A stretch of DNA of 64,000 nucleotides from a virus (taxonomy: Duplodnaviria; Caudoviricetes), in the IMG/VR virus record IMGVR_UViG_3300029319_000001, one strand, 5' to 3'. This document shows positions 61,801 to 64,000 of the stretch, one piece after another. Under the pieces are notes generated by a model. That model saw only the letters and a list, made by a program, of their open reading frames with translations, was not told the DNA's origin and made no database searches. A program made the position numbers and the translations under genes. Numbering within the stretch: the stretch's first letter is position 1; each line of letters begins with the position of its first letter.

Positions 61801-62868
61801 GCTGACCCATTATTCAGAACATTAGTTTCTATCTCGGCAACGACTGTTAACACATTCTCCTTCCAGTCACTAGAAAATATTCCTTCTACAAATACAAGTG
61901 CTCATACATTTGTAAGTGCAGATACGAATGCTGTTCAGCAAGCGAATGGTCGTGCAACAATTAATGTGGCACCTGGTAAGGGATCTGCTCCTAAGTCATT
62001 CGACAATCAAGAGTTTGCAATGAGAAGTAAGTTCTCTAAACTAAGACTTACTGGTCATGACTTCCTATTAATCGGTACAGGTAACACTGCACAAACAAAC
62101 TATCCTAACACTGATGAGAACACAGCATCACAGGGTAACGAAACTAATGTAGTTAACTCTGGTAAGATCTTCTTCGTATCAACTGACCAAGGAGGTAACT
62201 TCAGAGTTGGAGAATACTTCTCTGTTAACCAGTTAACTGGTGCTGCTACCTTGGATGCTTCCGCTTTCAACTTATCTGGTTTGACAGAACTAAGATTGGG
62301 TGCTATCGGTGGACAGATTGGTGAAGCGATCAACGAATTCTCCTCTGATGAACTCATGTCTGGTGATTCTAACCAAGCATGTCCAACTGAGAAAGCAGTT
62401 CGTGGATTCTTAACAAGAGGTAAGATGGATGCCACATCAGGAATCTTAGTTCCACCTAGAGGATCTCAAGCAGGAAGACCTACTGGTAACGCACTACTTA
62501 ATGGTGGACTTCGCTACGATACTGATACAAACAGTTATGAATACTACAACGGTTCAAACTGGTTACCTGTAGGTGCATACCAGAATATCGATGCTACCTC
62601 TGGAGTTACTGCTGCTAACAAACAGCAAATCTTCTGTAACACAACATCAGGTGGATTCACTGTTACTCTACCTGCTAACCCAATCAAAGGTGATAGCATT
62701 AGAATCTTTGATGTCGCCAAGACATTTGATTCAAACTCACTAACAGTTGGTAGAAACGGTAACCCAATCATGGGTGACTCTTCCGACCTAACAGTTAATA
62801 CTGAGGGTGCTGCATTTGAACTTGTGTTCTATGATGGCACACAAGGATGGAGAATCATTACCATCTAA
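58855..62868 (+). CDS. large tail fibre/virion structural protein
   Basis: 1337 aa, Gly/Thr/Ser-rich; repeated W/F-RG-x8-9-DxVxY units. Confidence 0.8.
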   Translation: MAEFRLGRLKFNWRGAWVASTAYVIDDIVKYGASSYVCTVNHTSDSSSTGFPNDSAYWSLHLTGQNFAGDLTVSTGYVVQDIVKEGGNLYICTAQNTSTGIQSNWYANDYPQYWDIYAEGVNFRGAFATDTYYGINDVVEYGPQLYRVTSPFQTPSDQTATGVSTSPHDTTGVGSDGFFPPASNFAPFSNGIEGRGEYDSNARYERGDLVEFSGSAYVAIGTNPRGDQPNQNPALWSNLVQGIGTGAGATYDKTRQYGKGQIVTYGGNSYIADQLIINNDTPPIGAGITDSDAGQNGWSLLVRGQKWRGTWSNSNYYEQGDLVEYSSSAYVSVASSNLNVQPGTAVTMWQAFAIGDSAALLTTKGDILTRDGTGPSRQGIGTQGTFLRVSSTDEVEWQYAGQRTKIYFIDAQQGSNDNSGLTPDDAWQNISYASTAAQKVSNITNFVYDNTSGIATVTAANHGLFPRGDIRLAGISFTCAPGFSGLTTTVFPDGTQGFYFKVDSVIDSDTFVTNVSISTIAHTYVSGGTVTDSSPVIIKLSAGVFSEELPITLPKNFSIAGDVLRGSTIQPAPGISTEGVIPNSRQTMFFVSDSTTVQAITMRGLQGFDYDTNDPFNTDKWQVKTGVGTTACGVYFRLNPTDPILNRSPYIKDCTAFSDVCLDGTGHQGAIGIFIEGGVHNLAPEGAGGKSMVFDAFTNIHSGGVGFFLEDDALAEIVSSFTYYCAFGYVSDDGSEIRSLSGNNSYGTYGAVAAGFSTLETPRFGRMFGDKMTTVVGTYAGTLAVGATMRGTVSGARGTLTNDQSASDAIYFKYKTGFGNTFMDAADINPAVGIGTTVFTPGEYIEVDSVGAGATGYFRLGSGSNAVNGQQDILFEVAGLSTTPIVGDALGFTTVGMGFSDTNTYILRAVTNYVAGNNFTPTAGSYNPSTGIVQLTSNGHGMMVGDKIQLTPNSLTFTCSLDGNVSQKTYPRATGTGVNAGKADPLFRTLVSISATTVNTFSFQSLENIPSTNTSAHTFVSADTNAVQQANGRATINVAPGKGSAPKSFDNQEFAMRSKFSKLRLTGHDFLLIGTGNTAQTNYPNTDENTASQGNETNVVNSGKIFFVSTDQGGNFRVGEYFSVNQLTGAATLDASAFNLSGLTELRLGAIGGQIGEAINEFSSDELMSGDSNQACPTEKAVRGFLTRGKMDATSGILVPPRGSQAGRPTGNALLNGGLRYDTDTNSYEYYNGSNWLPVGAYQNIDATSGVTAANKQQIFCNTTSGGFTVTLPANPIKGDSIRIFDVAKTFDSNSLTVGRNGNPIMGDSSDLTVNTEGAAFELVFYDGTQGWRIITI

Positions 62869-62877
62869 TAGATTCAT

Positions 62878-62900
62878 GGGGGTTAAATACCCCCTTCTTT
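62878..62900 (+). terminator. hairpin terminator followed by late promoter CATAAATA (62901-62908)
   Basis: GGGGGT-TAAAT-ACCCCC-TTCTTT. Confidence 0.6.
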
Positions 62901-62938
62901 CATAAATACAACTAACGAACCACCATTCGGCTTAAACA

Positions 62939-63817
62939 ATGGCTAATTATCAAACATATAAAAAGATACAGGGGGATCAGGCAGTCATACCAGACTCGCT
63001 AGGTCCAGGACAGATTACTGGTCTATCGACTGGTATCCAATGCCGAAGTTTCTACTTCAACTGTTGTAATAACAACCCATGTAACGGAGGATGTTGTTAT
63101 CAGTGGACTGTACCTTCTAAAGTTCAAACAATTCAATTTGAAATTATATCTGGTGGAGGATCTGGTGGTCCTGCTAGATGCTGTGGTGGTGGACCTGGTA
63201 CTGGTGGTGGCGGTGGTGGTTACGCTACTAAGACAGTCTATGCAAACTGCGGTCACTTTACTGCAGGTGCTACACAATATACTATCTGTGCTGGTTCGAG
63301 TAGTAGGTGTTCATGTTGCGGATGCTGTAACGGTAGACGAGGTTGTGGATTTTACGGATGTCCTTCTTATGTTCAGGGTGGTGGACTAGGAACTTTCTGT
63401 ATGCAAGGTGGAACATATGGTGTTAAGCGTTGTACAAACAGTTGCTATACTTGTCTTAAGCAAGCACAAAGGAACAACTGCTTCAACGGTTGCTCTGCAT
63501 CATGGCCTGATTCACAAGATACAGCATCAGGAATGAACAATGAGAACGAATTCTATATTTGTGGTGTTTCTGGTGGAGAATTAAAGCATGTTAACTGTCA
63601 CTCTGGTGCATGGTCAATTGCTTCTACACCTCCAGGTCCTTGGTCTGCTAATAGAAACTTTGGAACAAACCGTTGTTCATATGGTAATGCTAGAGGATGT
63701 TGCTCATCACCATCTATCTGGCCTGGTGGAGGAGGACACTCTGGATCTACTCAAGGTGGACAATGTTGGGGAGATCACGGTAACGGCGGTTTAGTTGTTG
63801 TGACTTCATGGTCTTAA
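62939..63817 (+). CDS. Cys/Gly-rich late protein, tail-associated
   Basis: 29 Cys in 292 aa; GGGSGG/GGGGGG tracts. Confidence 0.7.
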   Translation: MANYQTYKKIQGDQAVIPDSLGPGQITGLSTGIQCRSFYFNCCNNNPCNGGCCYQWTVPSKVQTIQFEIISGGGSGGPARCCGGGPGTGGGGGGYATKTVYANCGHFTAGATQYTICAGSSSRCSCCGCCNGRRGCGFYGCPSYVQGGGLGTFCMQGGTYGVKRCTNSCYTCLKQAQRNNCFNGCSASWPDSQDTASGMNNENEFYICGVSGGELKHVNCHSGAWSIASTPPGPWSANRNFGTNRCSYGNARGCCSSPSIWPGGGGHSGSTQGGQCWGDHGNGGLVVVTSWS

Positions 63818-63818
63818 T

Positions 63819-63826
63819 TATAAATA
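63819..63826 (+). promoter_or_regulatory. T4-type late promoter
   Basis: exact TATAAATA. Confidence 0.7.
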
Positions 63827-63857
63827 ACAAATGAGGGAGTACACCTGAACAAAACCA

Positions 63858-64000
63858 ATGGCAAACATTACTAAGACAGTATTATTTCCTGTTCCTACAG
63901 TATGGATGGGACAGGAACAAGACACAACAAGGACAGGAATCTGTACTTATGTCGGACCACAGCATATAACATTCTGGTACGAGAATAAAGGAACAGATGC
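63858..64000 (+). CDS. late hypothetical protein (3' truncated by window)
   Basis: MANITKTVLFPVPTVW..., open to window end. Confidence 0.6.
   Translation, partial: MANITKTVLFPVPTVWMGQEQDTTRTGICTYVGPQHITFWYENKGTD

Overview
64 kb, AT-rich, essentially all plus-strand segment of a T4-like marine cyanomyovirus. Prochlorococcus-type psbA and psbD point to a Prochlorococcus host. In order it contains: (1) the replisome region gp45-gp44-gp62-regA-hsp20-gp43-uvsX-gp41-mazG, interrupted by accessory genes (2OG-Fe(II) oxygenases, a PD-(D/E)XK nuclease, dam, a carbamoyltransferase, an arginase-like protein and a eukaryote-type PMM); (2) a late-promoter block of Lys/Glu-rich probable internal head proteins, including an HxGH-type nucleotidyltransferase with a T4-like capsid-targeting leader; (3) primase, nrdA and nrdB; (4) pebS, a GIY-YIG nuclease, a GAMT-like methyltransferase and five tandem oxygenases; (5) a 10 kb GDP-fucose/glycosyltransferase island with adjacent GT11 and GT6 genes; (6) an outer-membrane protein with a structured leader, four hli genes, a peroxiredoxin, a flavin halogenase-like gene, psbA and psbD; (7) a degenerate PurC homologue; (8) the start of a tail-fibre module. 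No tRNA, rRNA, CRISPR array, intron or intein was recognised. All family calls come from motif recognition by eye, not from database searches.
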